DNA from: Candidatus Micrarchaeota archaeon
GTDB lineage: Archaea; B1Sed10-29; JAJRYS01
DNA length: 39,339 nucleotides
NCBI GenBank assembly: GCA_964643685.1
Contig: CAZXTN010000001.1
Location: 200,036 to 239,374 of the forward strand
Direction: 5' to 3'
The notes beneath the pieces are model-generated. The model searched no databases and had not been told where the DNA came from. It worked only from the letters and a program-made list of their open reading frames with translations. A program made the translations under genes and the position numbers. This document shows, piece after piece, positions 1 to 8,636 of this stretch (positions within the stretch are counted from its first letter, which is position 1; every line of letters begins with the position of its first letter).

Positions 1-65
1 ACTTCGCAAGGAGATAAAGTAGATTTTTCAGAATACTTGTGAAGAAATTGGTTTTAAGGATGGGT

Positions 66-2771
66 TTAGTCAAAGGAGTAGAGTTTTCTTTCTATCTTTT
101 TTTCAACGGTTTTGCTTTCTTTTTTTAAAAAAACATAAGCAGAGAGAATAATTATTATAAATGCAACTGCTATTAATGGGCTCATGTCTTCTTTGTTGTT
201 TATTGCAAATTCTGAGTAGAGGATTGAGCGGGTGTAATAGCCTTTGTCAAGCCATTGTTTTGCTCTTTCAGCAAATTCTTTATTTCCTTTTTCTTCAGCT
301 ACTTTGTAAAGTTGCTGTGCGTTTGTTTTTAAGAAGGAAATTTTTGAATCAAGCTCTTGTTCAATTGCTTGCTTTTTTTTCTGAAATTCAGCATAATTCA
401 AGCCTGTTAATGCATTTATTTTTTCAGAGTAGTTTGCATAATCATTGTATCTTTCTTCATGGGGTATTTGAACATCATCATCAACTGCTTTTCTGTATTC
501 AAACAATAGAGAAGATAAGTGACTGTAATCTTTTGAAAGATTTTGTGTTTTCAAAGTCGACTGCAATTGCATTTGCTTGTTTTCTGTGAAAAAAACATTG
601 GTTGAATTTGTTTTGTTTTCTTCTTTGAAAAATGATTTGAAAGAGGATATGTTGAAATAAGAGGGTTCAAATGCTTCTTCATCAGATGAAAGAAAAGAAG
701 ATAAAGGAGCCGCAGAGGAATTTTGTGAATTTTCAAGAGAGTAAATTACATAAACGTCTTGTTCAGATTCCAAGTTTTCTAAGTAAACATAGTTGTTCAA
801 ATATGCTCCTGAAGAGGAGAGCACTACAGCATTGCTTGGAAGTGAAAAATGAATTCTGGCTTTTTCAAGGGGAATCAAGGGAGTTGCTTTTATTTTTGAA
901 ATAATTGTTTTTCCATCAGCTGAATTCACTTGTTTCTGGCAGTAAAGAACTTGTTTTGAAAAAGAGAAATTTGCAGTGAACTCATGCCCTTTTTTGAAGA
1001 AAAGCATTTTAAGTTGCTTTTCTTCGCCAAGAACATTTATGGTAAAAGAAGATTGTTCAATGTCTGCCAAGTCATTGAAAACAGACACAAATAAGGTTCC
1101 TTTCACTTGTTTTCCGCATTCTGGCATTGTTTCAAAGAAAAATTTTTCAAAATGATTTGCAGCAAAGTAATTTGAAGAGGAGTTGCTGATTAATGACTTG
1201 TATTTTTCAAGAAGAGTATTTTGTTTTTGCATGAAATCAAAGGCATTTGGGTAAAAATCCTGGCTCTGTATAACTTGTTCTTCTGCTTCATCTTTTTCAA
1301 GTTCGCTTGAGGAAATGAAGAAAATGCCTTTGTTTTCTTTGACTGCTTTCATAAGGGAATTTACTTCAATTGATTTTTTTTCAAAAAGTTGCTTTGAAGG
1401 AAGCGCTTTTTTCTCTATTTCTGATTTCAATTTAAATAAGGAGCTTATTTTGTTACTTAAAGGGGCTTTTGTTGCTTCAATATTGCTTAGAATTTGCTTT
1501 TCTTCATCCATTCTATAACCTAGTTTTTGAAGCTGAACAATGCTGTTCTTTACATATGTTTCAATCCAGTAGTAGTCTGAATAATTTTCTTTTGCAATGC
1601 TTATTACTTGGAGGTAATTTTCCATGTCTGTTTTTAGATTAATTTCTGAATTGCATTTTTCCGCGACTTCTTCATAAACAGGTGAAGAAGAAGGCATGGC
1701 AGACAATTGTTCAAGGCATTTTTTCTGCAGACTGTTTCTTATTTTAGTTAATCTTGACAGGAGAAAATCAGCTTGTTTAATTGACTGCTGTTGCTTTAAA
1801 TTAGCTTTTGAAAGTGAAAGAAAAGCAGAAGCAAGGTAGTTGTCCATTTTAAGAGAGTATATCCTCTGTGCTTTTTTTAAAGGAGCTTTTGTCAAAGAAG
1901 ATTTGAGGTCAAGCAGCTGCTTGCTCGGGGAACTGGAGTCTGAGAAGCTGATTTCTGTGAAAAAAGAGGGGGCTTTTGATTGAAAATCTTTAGTTATGCT
2001 TGAAACACCTTGGTTTTCAAGTTCTTTTATTAGCTTGTCAAGCTTGTTGTAATTTTTTTCAAAGTCTTCTTTTTCATCTTCGTATTTTTCTTCAAGAGAA
2101 GCTAACAGCCTTAATGAATCATCGTGATTTTTTTGAAATAGTTTTAAAGAGCCTTCTTTTCCAAGAAAGTTGTTGAAAAAAGAAACACCTCCTCTCCATC
2201 CTCCCTTTAATAAATTGTTCATAAGCCTTTGTTGTTCTGATTCAAGGGAATAAATTGTTAAAGAAGATGTTGAAGAATAGGATGTTAGAAGTAGGTTTTT
2301 TGTCCTGTCAAACTCTGCTTTTTGAATAGTATTTTCAAGCACGTCAAATCCTACTTTGTCCATCTTGATATAATCTGATTCTGCTTGTTTTATTTCAAAA
2401 GAGTAGATGGAAGATGCTTTGCTTAAAGCATTATAGTAATTTGCTTTTGTTTTTGTGACTGTTTCAAGAAACATTGAAAGCATTACCTGCATTTCTTTAG
2501 ACAAGCCAGGGGTGTTCAAGTAAGAGCAGAGGAACATGTTGCTTTTGATTGCTTCAGCTGTTTTTTTAGCATTATATGCATATTGCTGAGCTTCTTTAAA
2601 TTGCCTTGTTATTTTTGGAGGATAAGAGAGAGAATCAAGCAAAGCAGAGGAAGGGACATTTATTTGAGAAATTACAGAGTAAGTTTGTTCGCATGAAAAC
2701 GGCGACTGCAGTGTTGAAAGCATGCTGAGGATTGTTGAAATTGACAGCATTAATTCAATTGAAACAACCAT
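66..2771 (-). CDS. Large hypothetical membrane-anchored, coiled-coil-rich protein (901 aa)
   Basis: Long ORF with a hydrophobic N-terminus, helical/coiled-coil stretches and a C-terminal TM helix (PLIAVAFIIIILSAYVFL) followed by a basic tail. No catalytic motif recognised. Confidence 0.75.
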   Translation of the reverse strand: MVVSIELMLSISTILSMLSTLQSPFSCEQTYSVISQINVPSSALLDSLSYPPKITRQFKEAQQYAYNAKKTAEAIKSNMFLCSYLNTPGLSKEMQVMLSMFLETVTKTKANYYNALSKASSIYSFEIKQAESDYIKMDKVGFDVLENTIQKAEFDRTKNLLLTSYSSTSSLTIYSLESEQQRLMNNLLKGGWRGGVSFFNNFLGKEGSLKLFQKNHDDSLRLLASLEEKYEDEKEDFEKNYNKLDKLIKELENQGVSSITKDFQSKAPSFFTEISFSDSSSPSKQLLDLKSSLTKAPLKKAQRIYSLKMDNYLASAFLSLSKANLKQQQSIKQADFLLSRLTKIRNSLQKKCLEQLSAMPSSSPVYEEVAEKCNSEINLKTDMENYLQVISIAKENYSDYYWIETYVKNSIVQLQKLGYRMDEEKQILSNIEATKAPLSNKISSLFKLKSEIEKKALPSKQLFEKKSIEVNSLMKAVKENKGIFFISSSELEKDEAEEQVIQSQDFYPNAFDFMQKQNTLLEKYKSLISNSSSNYFAANHFEKFFFETMPECGKQVKGTLFVSVFNDLADIEQSSFTINVLGEEKQLKMLFFKKGHEFTANFSFSKQVLYCQKQVNSADGKTIISKIKATPLIPLEKARIHFSLPSNAVVLSSSGAYLNNYVYLENLESEQDVYVIYSLENSQNSSAAPLSSFLSSDEEAFEPSYFNISSFKSFFKEENKTNSTNVFFTENKQMQLQSTLKTQNLSKDYSHLSSLLFEYRKAVDDDVQIPHEERYNDYANYSEKINALTGLNYAEFQKKKQAIEQELDSKISFLKTNAQQLYKVAEEKGNKEFAERAKQWLDKGYYTRSILYSEFAINNKEDMSPLIAVAFIIIILSAYVFLKKESKTVEKKIERKLYSFD

Positions 2772-2855
2772 TGAGAAAACATTTGAAAAAAGGAGTTAAA
2801 AATAATTTTGCAACTGATGCTGGTTTTAACTGGTTTTAAAAAAGAGGAGAGTTTG

Positions 2856-3398
2856 TCAGTTGTCTTTTTTCTTTTTTATTTTTTTCTTTGAGAAAGGCAC
2901 TTGTTTTTCTTCAGGCAGTTCCATTAATGTGAGGTAGTCATTCAGGAAAGGGTCAAATTGCTTTTTCTTTGCTTGAAAGCCCAGTTTTTCCCAAAACTTT
3001 TCTGCCTGTGGCTCTGATTTTACTCTTATTCCCTTGCCTTCTCCTATTGTTTCTTTAACTGCTTTTACAAGAAAATTGCCTAAATTCTTGTTCCTGTATT
3101 GTTCTTTCACATCTATTGTCGGGATGAAGACTTTGAAGTTTCCTTTCTTGTCAGCTGGGTATCTGTAAGCAGTTACTCTTGCAACTTCTTCTCCTTTCTT
3201 GTTGTAAATCGATAAAATTTTAGGTGAAACCAGTATTGGCAGAATAAGAGAGTAAGGTGGCCTTACTAATTTTAATGACCTTCTTACTTTAAACTTATAA
3301 GGCAGGTTTGAAAAAGTGTATTTTTCAACATTTTTCTCTCTTAACTTCTTCCATAAACTTCTTTTTTTAGACAATTTTTGCCTGTAATCTGTTCGCAT
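2856..3398 (-). CDS. GNAT-family N-acetyltransferase with basic N- and C-terminal extensions
   Basis: Acetyl-CoA motif A (IDVKEQYRNKNLGNFLV) and motif B (AEKFWEKLGF). Confidence 0.8.
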   Translation of the reverse strand: MRTDYRQKLSKKRSLWKKLREKNVEKYTFSNLPYKFKVRRSLKLVRPPYSLILPILVSPKILSIYNKKGEEVARVTAYRYPADKKGNFKVFIPTIDVKEQYRNKNLGNFLVKAVKETIGEGKGIRVKSEPQAEKFWEKLGFQAKKKQFDPFLNDYLTLMELPEEKQVPFSKKKIKKKKDN

Positions 3399-3402
3399 TA
3401 AA

Positions 3403-4338
3403 TCACTTTTTTATTTTAGGGTTCTTTTTTCCTGAGGAGTAAAGTACTACTCTTGATACTGGCTGCTCGTCAATATAATCATAACCAAGATACTTATTGA
3501 CTTTTTCAGCAAATTGTTTCACATAATCATGCCTTGGCATATTTTCCATTGAAAGCCTTTGCCTGCTTCCGCCTACAAACATGTACCCTTTCACTTCCAG
3601 GAAATCAGCTTCGCTTTTTTCAATTAACTTGGCGTACTGCTCAGGGTTCTTGTCATTCCATCCTTTCACTACAGTCATTCTAATAACTTTCCTAGTGTCA
3701 AGAGAAGGTAGGAGTTCAAGTGTTTCATTTATTGTCTGCCATGAATCAGGCACAAGAGGACGGTTCACTACCTTGTGCATTTGCTCGTCAGTCGCGTCAA
3801 GCGAGACGTAAAGCTGCGTTGGAAGAGTCATTTCAGCAAGGCGTTTTGGGTAAAGCCCGTTTGTAACTATGAAAGTCGTGAATCCTTTTTTATGAAACTG
3901 TTCAACCAACTCGCCCATGTATGGGTAGCCCATTGGCTCTCCTGTCAAGGATAAAGCCACTTGATTCGGATTCTGGGCTTCTTTAAATTTCTGTTCATTC
4001 AAGCCAGGTGCTCCTGGAAAGCCGTTGATAAGCTTTCTCTGCGCTTTTATTGACTCTTCTATTATGAATTCAGGCTCGTCCCATTGGCTTGGAATAGGGT
4101 CGTTGTTGTCGTCGTAAGTTCTCCAGCAGAACACGCATCTTTGGTTGCAGTAAATGTTGGGTGTCATTTGAAGGCACCTGTGGCTGCTTATGCCGTAAAA
4201 CCTTTGCTTGTAGCACGTGCCCTGGTCTCTTAGTGATTTTTTCAGCCAAGTACATATTTTAACTGCAGAGTGCCTGCCTACGACATGATAATGCTGTTTT
4301 TTCAGCTTTTCAATGTAGTCATTTTCCTTCATTTGCAA
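3403..4338 (-). CDS. taw1: 4-demethylwyosine synthase Taw1/TYW1 (radical SAM); start probably ATG at 4332
   Basis: HSAVKICTW, CYKQRFYGISSHRCLQMTP, CxxxCxxC (CNQRCVFC), SLTGEP, PTQLYVSLDA and EVKGYM are typical Taw1 motifs. Confidence 0.95.
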   Translation of the reverse strand: MQMKENDYIEKLKKQHYHVVGRHSAVKICTWLKKSLRDQGTCYKQRFYGISSHRCLQMTPNIYCNQRCVFCWRTYDDNNDPIPSQWDEPEFIIEESIKAQRKLINGFPGAPGLNEQKFKEAQNPNQVALSLTGEPMGYPYMGELVEQFHKKGFTTFIVTNGLYPKRLAEMTLPTQLYVSLDATDEQMHKVVNRPLVPDSWQTINETLELLPSLDTRKVIRMTVVKGWNDKNPEQYAKLIEKSEADFLEVKGYMFVGGSRQRLSMENMPRHDYVKQFAEKVNKYLGYDYIDEQPVSRVVLYSSGKKNPKIKK

Positions 4339-4439
4339 ACCTCTTTTTTAAAAAATTATGTTTCTTTGCTTTTGTTTTCAGCTTTTTTTAATTTTGCATA
4401 GATAACTTTATAAACAATTGCTTTGTAATAAATAAAACA

Positions 4440-4709
4440 GTGATGCATATGGTTAACAAAAAATTTGTAATAGCAAAACAGCTAGGTGGAAAAAGGATAA
4501 TTACAAACAAAGGAGAAGAACTTGGAAGGCTAAGCGACATCCTAATTGACGAAAAAACAGGAAGCTTGGAAGCATTTTTGATTGAAACAAGCAGGGAGTC
4601 CAAGATATCAAAGGACTTAGCAAGGCATGATGGGATGGCAGTAGTACCTTATAAAAGCGTCTTTGCAGTCAGCGACGTAATAGTCGTGGACGAGACAATG
4701 CTTGTGTGA
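4440..4709 (+). CDS. Stand-alone PRC-barrel domain protein (CdpB-like)
   Basis: LGGKRIITNKGEELGRLSDILIDEKTG...VPYKSVFAVSDVIVV matches the PRC-barrel pattern. Confidence 0.85.
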   Translation: MMHMVNKKFVIAKQLGGKRIITNKGEELGRLSDILIDEKTGSLEAFLIETSRESKISKDLARHDGMAVVPYKSVFAVSDVIVVDETMLV

Positions 4710-4791
4710 AATTCCTTTTAGGGAATTTCAATTTTTTCTTGTTCTTGAACAAATCCTTTGTTTGCGTTAAAAACTTTTTTCTGTTAAAGAA

Positions 4792-5571
4792 TCAGCTGAA
4801 ATTTTTCTCCAAAACTATTTTTCTTCCTTTTCTTTTAACACCTAATTTTTCAAGCTCTTGTTTTGAAGAATTCAGAAGCTTTTCAATTGAAGAGTAATTC
4901 TCGTAAATCCAATCCCCCACCCTCTTGTAAAGCTTTGCTTTTTCTTCATACTCTTTTAATGCCTTTTTCTGGTGCTCAAGGCGATTAAGCAGCTTCTTCA
5001 TTTTAGGATTATCTTGTTTTAATGAAGCGTAGTGTTCATCTAATGCCTTATTCATGCTTCCTTGCTTTTCATACTCCTGCTTGGTTACTGGAGAGTAATC
5101 CTCTTTGATTTTCACTTTCAAGTTTGATGGAAACTTGTATTTAACTCCTTTTTTCAATTCCCTGTCTTTCCATGCTTCTTTCCTGAAAGTAAAAAGAATG
5201 TTGTAATCATTGTCAGTAAGCACGAAATTTCCATGGGAAAAAAATTCAATTATCAAGTAGTTTTCAGGGAACTTGAAAACAGCTATTCTGTCTTCGCCAT
5301 GCTGGCTTAATTCAAGCAATTTCTTGCCTTTTAATTTCTTTCTAAGAAACATTGACACTTGCGACGCTTTTTCAGGAGCTGCAAACTTGTAGCTTGTCAA
5401 ATGCATCCTGACACCTGGTTCAATCAACAGCTCTTTTTTAGGAGATGAAAAAGTGAACTTGAACAACTCCTTCCCAATCTGCTGCACGTTGTTCAAACGC
5501 TTGCCTTCTATTTCTTTTTTCAATTCTTCTATTACTTTTTTCGTGGCATAATTTGAGATGGCAACTGCCAT
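4792..5571 (-). CDS. NFACT-N domain protein (RqcH/FbpA-like), C-terminally short
   Basis: LIEPGVRMHLT, MFLRKKLKG, QHGEDRI and LIIEFFSHGNFVLTD, followed by a short coiled coil. No NFACT-R domain is visible. Confidence 0.85.
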   Translation of the reverse strand: MAVAISNYATKKVIEELKKEIEGKRLNNVQQIGKELFKFTFSSPKKELLIEPGVRMHLTSYKFAAPEKASQVSMFLRKKLKGKKLLELSQHGEDRIAVFKFPENYLIIEFFSHGNFVLTDNDYNILFTFRKEAWKDRELKKGVKYKFPSNLKVKIKEDYSPVTKQEYEKQGSMNKALDEHYASLKQDNPKMKKLLNRLEHQKKALKEYEEKAKLYKRVGDWIYENYSSIEKLLNSSKQELEKLGVKRKGRKIVLEKNFS

Positions 5572-6302
5572 ACCAACTCCCTCCTGAAAATAAACACATA
5601 CCCAAGCCCTGTGAAAGCGCCTGCGAGATGAACTAAAGGGCTTGTTTTTGCTTTCTCCTCTCTTTCAATGCCTTCATCAATTACAATCTGCTGAATCGAT
5701 GTTTTGTTCAATTCATTCACCTGCTCTTGTTTTTGTTTTTCAAGAACTTCAGCTTGTTCTGTTAAGTTTTTTTGCTTAGCTTCTTGTATTTGCTTGTTTA
5801 ATTCAGTGACTTTTTCAGTTATCTCGCTTGTCTTGTTCTGTAGTTTTTCAAACTCTGATTTTGTCACTGCTTGCAGGACAGGGGAAGCAAATGAAATGAC
5901 AATGCTAGCAATGATGATTGAAACAAAAGCTTTCTTGATATCTATTATGAAAGCAACTGCTAGTAGAGCTGAGATTGCCGCGCTTGCTCCAACAAGATAA
6001 TTTTCAGGGAACATTACGCCATAAACTAAAGCTGAGACAATTCCAGCTGTGAAATATACTCCGAAGTATTCTTTTGTGCTTAGCTTGGTTTCAGCAATGA
6101 AGCCAACTGACAGCAAGAGCACAATGTTCCCTATTAAGTGAGAGGGGCTTATGTGCATGAATGAGTAAGTAAGTAGTCCAAGAAGGTTCTGCCAGTTGAA
6201 GCCAAGCATAAGCAAGTAGCTTGTTGGAATGTAAAGAAACTTAACTGACAAAACAAGGTAAGGAATTATAATTGCTGCTGCTAATCCAATTGTTTTTTTC
6301 AT
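5532..6302 (-). CDS. Rhomboid-family intramembrane serine protease with coiled-coil insertion
   Basis: TYSFMHxxxxHLIGN, catalytic GASAA and catalytic His in VHLAGAFTG. Confidence 0.88.
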   Translation of the reverse strand: MKKTIGLAAAIIIPYLVLSVKFLYIPTSYLLMLGFNWQNLLGLLTYSFMHISPSHLIGNIVLLLSVGFIAETKLSTKEYFGVYFTAGIVSALVYGVMFPENYLVGASAAISALLAVAFIIDIKKAFVSIIIASIVISFASPVLQAVTKSEFEKLQNKTSEITEKVTELNKQIQEAKQKNLTEQAEVLEKQKQEQVNELNKTSIQQIVIDEGIEREEKAKTSPLVHLAGAFTGLGYVFIFRRELVWQLPSQIMPRKK

Positions 6303-6373
6303 GTTTTTTAATTAGCAGGTTTTGGTTAAAAAAAGAAGGGGGTGGAAAAAAAAGAGAAGAAAAAAGGTTTTTT

Positions 6374-7630
6374 TTAATCTAGAAGTATTGTTTTTGTTGC
6401 TAAAAGCATTAGTTTTGGATGTTTGATAAATGCTTTTGCAAATGCTTTTAATTTTCTTCCATCGGTGAATTCAAGTAATTCTTGTTCGTTAAATATCTCT
6501 CCTAGCTCTTCCATTTGGTCATCTGTCATTCTTTCAAAGAAGTGCCTTACTTTGACTACTTGAAGCAGCTGGTTTCCTCTTTTCTCATACCATTTCTCAG
6601 TGTATTCCTTGTTCAAGAACTCTGCTGTGAAATTGTTTTCTTTTATTGCTTTTTCAGCTGCGTCTGCTGCCATCATAGCTGCTTCCATTGAAGTGCCCAT
6701 TCCTCCTCCGTGTATGGCATTAACCATGTGGGCAGCGTCTCCAACTATTAATAACCCGTCATATGCTATTTTTTCAAGTGGGCGTCCGACTGGGCAGCAT
6801 CCTCCTTTGATGTCAACTATGCTTGCTTCTCCGAACATTTCAGGGTGCTCTTCTATCCACTTGTCAAGGTAATACTTTGCTGTCTTGTCATGGTTTCCTG
6901 TTATTCCAATTCCGACGTTTGCTGCTGTTTTTGATTTTGGAAATATCCAGACATATCCTCTTGGTGCGATTTCATTTCCTACGAATATATGTATTTTGTC
7001 CGGGTGGTCGAATTTGCAGTTTTCCATTTCATACTCGTAGCCTGAGTCAACTTCTGTTATTGGGTTGAAAGTGTTTATGCCATAATATTTTGCTGTCTGG
7101 GAATCCACTCCGTCTGCTGCAATCAGTATTTTTGCTTTTATTTCATAGTCTCCTGTTGGCGCTTTTACTTTGACTCCTGCTGCTTTGTTTCCTTCTTTTA
7201 TGACGTCGTATACTTGAGTTTTCAGCATCATTTTGGCTCCTGCTTTTATGGCTTGGTATGCTATTTTTTTCTCCATTATTTTCCTCTCAACTATGTATCC
7301 ATTGTTTGTTGTTGCAATAACTTTTTTTGCTTTTTTAGGACCATATATTACAGCTCCTTTCATCTCCTTCACACACCAGGAGGGGTCATATTCAAGGTCA
7401 GCGAATTTCATCCACACTGAACCAAGCCCTTCTCCGCATCTCACAGGCGTTCCTATCTCTTGTTTCCTGTCAATGCATAGGGTTTTCAGGCCTTTTCTTG
7501 CAGCTTGCCTTGCTGCTATTAATCCTCCTGGGCCTGCTCCTATTACTATTACATCCCATTCTTGTTTTGCTATCTTGTCATAATCAATTGGATTCATTTT
7601 TAATGTCACTCCTTTATTCTGTTTTTTCAA
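6374..7630 (-). CDS. Geranylgeranyl reductase (digeranylgeranylglycerophospholipid reductase); start probably ATG at 7597
   Basis: GAGPGG FAD motif, EIGTPVRCGEG, APRGYVWIFPK and VGDAAxxVNxxxGGG. Confidence 0.9.
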   Translation of the reverse strand: MKKQNKGVTLKMNPIDYDKIAKQEWDVIVIGAGPGGLIAARQAARKGLKTLCIDRKQEIGTPVRCGEGLGSVWMKFADLEYDPSWCVKEMKGAVIYGPKKAKKVIATTNNGYIVERKIMEKKIAYQAIKAGAKMMLKTQVYDVIKEGNKAAGVKVKAPTGDYEIKAKILIAADGVDSQTAKYYGINTFNPITEVDSGYEYEMENCKFDHPDKIHIFVGNEIAPRGYVWIFPKSKTAANVGIGITGNHDKTAKYYLDKWIEEHPEMFGEASIVDIKGGCCPVGRPLEKIAYDGLLIVGDAAHMVNAIHGGGMGTSMEAAMMAADAAEKAIKENNFTAEFLNKEYTEKWYEKRGNQLLQVVKVRHFFERMTDDQMEELGEIFNEQELLEFTDGRKLKAFAKAFIKHPKLMLLATKTILLD

Positions 7631-7805
7631 CTTTTTCCAGTGCTCCGACTGGGCAGAATTTTATGCATGCTCCGCAGTCAATGCATTTGTTTGCATCAAC
7701 TTCTATTCTTGTTTCTTTCAATGTAATTGCGTTTACTGGGCATACTGACACGCATCCTCCGCAGTAAATGCATTTTGTCCTGTCAGCTTTTACTGTCATT
7801 AGCAT
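7614..7805 (-). CDS. 2x[4Fe-4S] ferredoxin
   Basis: Two CxxCxxCxxxCP motifs (CIYCGGCVSVCP, CIDCGACIKFCP); immediately upstream of GGR. Confidence 0.95.
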   Translation of the reverse strand: MLMTVKADRTKCIYCGGCVSVCPVNAITLKETRIEVDANKCIDCGACIKFCPVGALEKVEKTE

Positions 7806-7865
7806 CTCCTCTTTTCAATTTTTTTGTTAAAAGAAAGTAATTGTTAATTAGTGCGTTTGTTATAT

Positions 7866-8540
7866 TTAAATTAATTCTTCATAGGTTGTGTTGTTGAATT
7901 TGTATAAGAATCTTGTTATTTTTTTGCTGTTTTCTTCGTATTTTTCAACCAATGTTTTAAGGTTTCCTTTGTATTTTTCAAATTCGTGGAAAGTGTTAGG
8001 GTCAAGCATTAAGTACTCTTCTTCTTTTTTTATTAAAATAAATGGCTTGTTCGAGCCATCGTTAAGTTCAGCTATTGCTATTTCAGCTTCTTCTCCTATT
8101 GCTTTAAGAACGGAACAGAGTAGGATTGCTTTGTCTTCATAATCTGCTATTTTTGTTTCAAGCATTTCTTCAATTGTCATCCAGAAATTTATTCCAAGTG
8201 AAGGCACTGATTTTATTTCTTTCACTATCTTTTCATATGCTTGTTTTGCTTTCTCTTGTTTTGTCTGCCCTTTCAAGCTTGAAGCTATTTTCAGCACTTC
8301 ACTATTAGATGGCTGCACAAGCGCTTTCAAGTCTTCTATTGTCTTGATTTCTTTTTCATTAATGCATTTCGAGTATCTTTTAATAACTAGATTTAAGATT
8401 ATGTTCTTGTAATGCTGTTCCTCATATCCTTTTTTTTCTTCAAGCGCTTTCTGAAGCTCTTGTTTAAGCTCCTCAACCTGCTTTTTCAATTCTTCTTGGC
8501 TTTGAGCAGGGCTTTCTTTCAAGATGTTAAGCAAGTCCAT
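7866..8540 (-). CDS. Transglutaminase-like fold protein with N-terminal coiled coil, probably catalytically inactive
   Basis: FWMTIEEMLETKIADYEDKAILLCSVL resembles the W..P.E.L....GDCEDxAILLxSLL motif; LMLDP lies downstream. Confidence 0.6.
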   Translation of the reverse strand: MDLLNILKESPAQSQEELKKQVEELKQELQKALEEKKGYEEQHYKNIILNLVIKRYSKCINEKEIKTIEDLKALVQPSNSEVLKIASSLKGQTKQEKAKQAYEKIVKEIKSVPSLGINFWMTIEEMLETKIADYEDKAILLCSVLKAIGEEAEIAIAELNDGSNKPFILIKKEEEYLMLDPNTFHEFEKYKGNLKTLVEKYEENSKKITRFLYKFNNTTYEELI

Positions 8541-8636
8541 AACTTGTTAAATTGTGTTTTTAGTGTTTTTTAAACTCTTTGATGCCCTTGTTTTATATGT
8601 TTTGAAAAGAAAAAATAAAAGAAGAAGGGTTGTAAA

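Noticed and set aside
1-73. Partial gene at the left edge
   Set aside because: Both a + frame ending at 42 and a minus frame starting near 73 are open; too short to decide.
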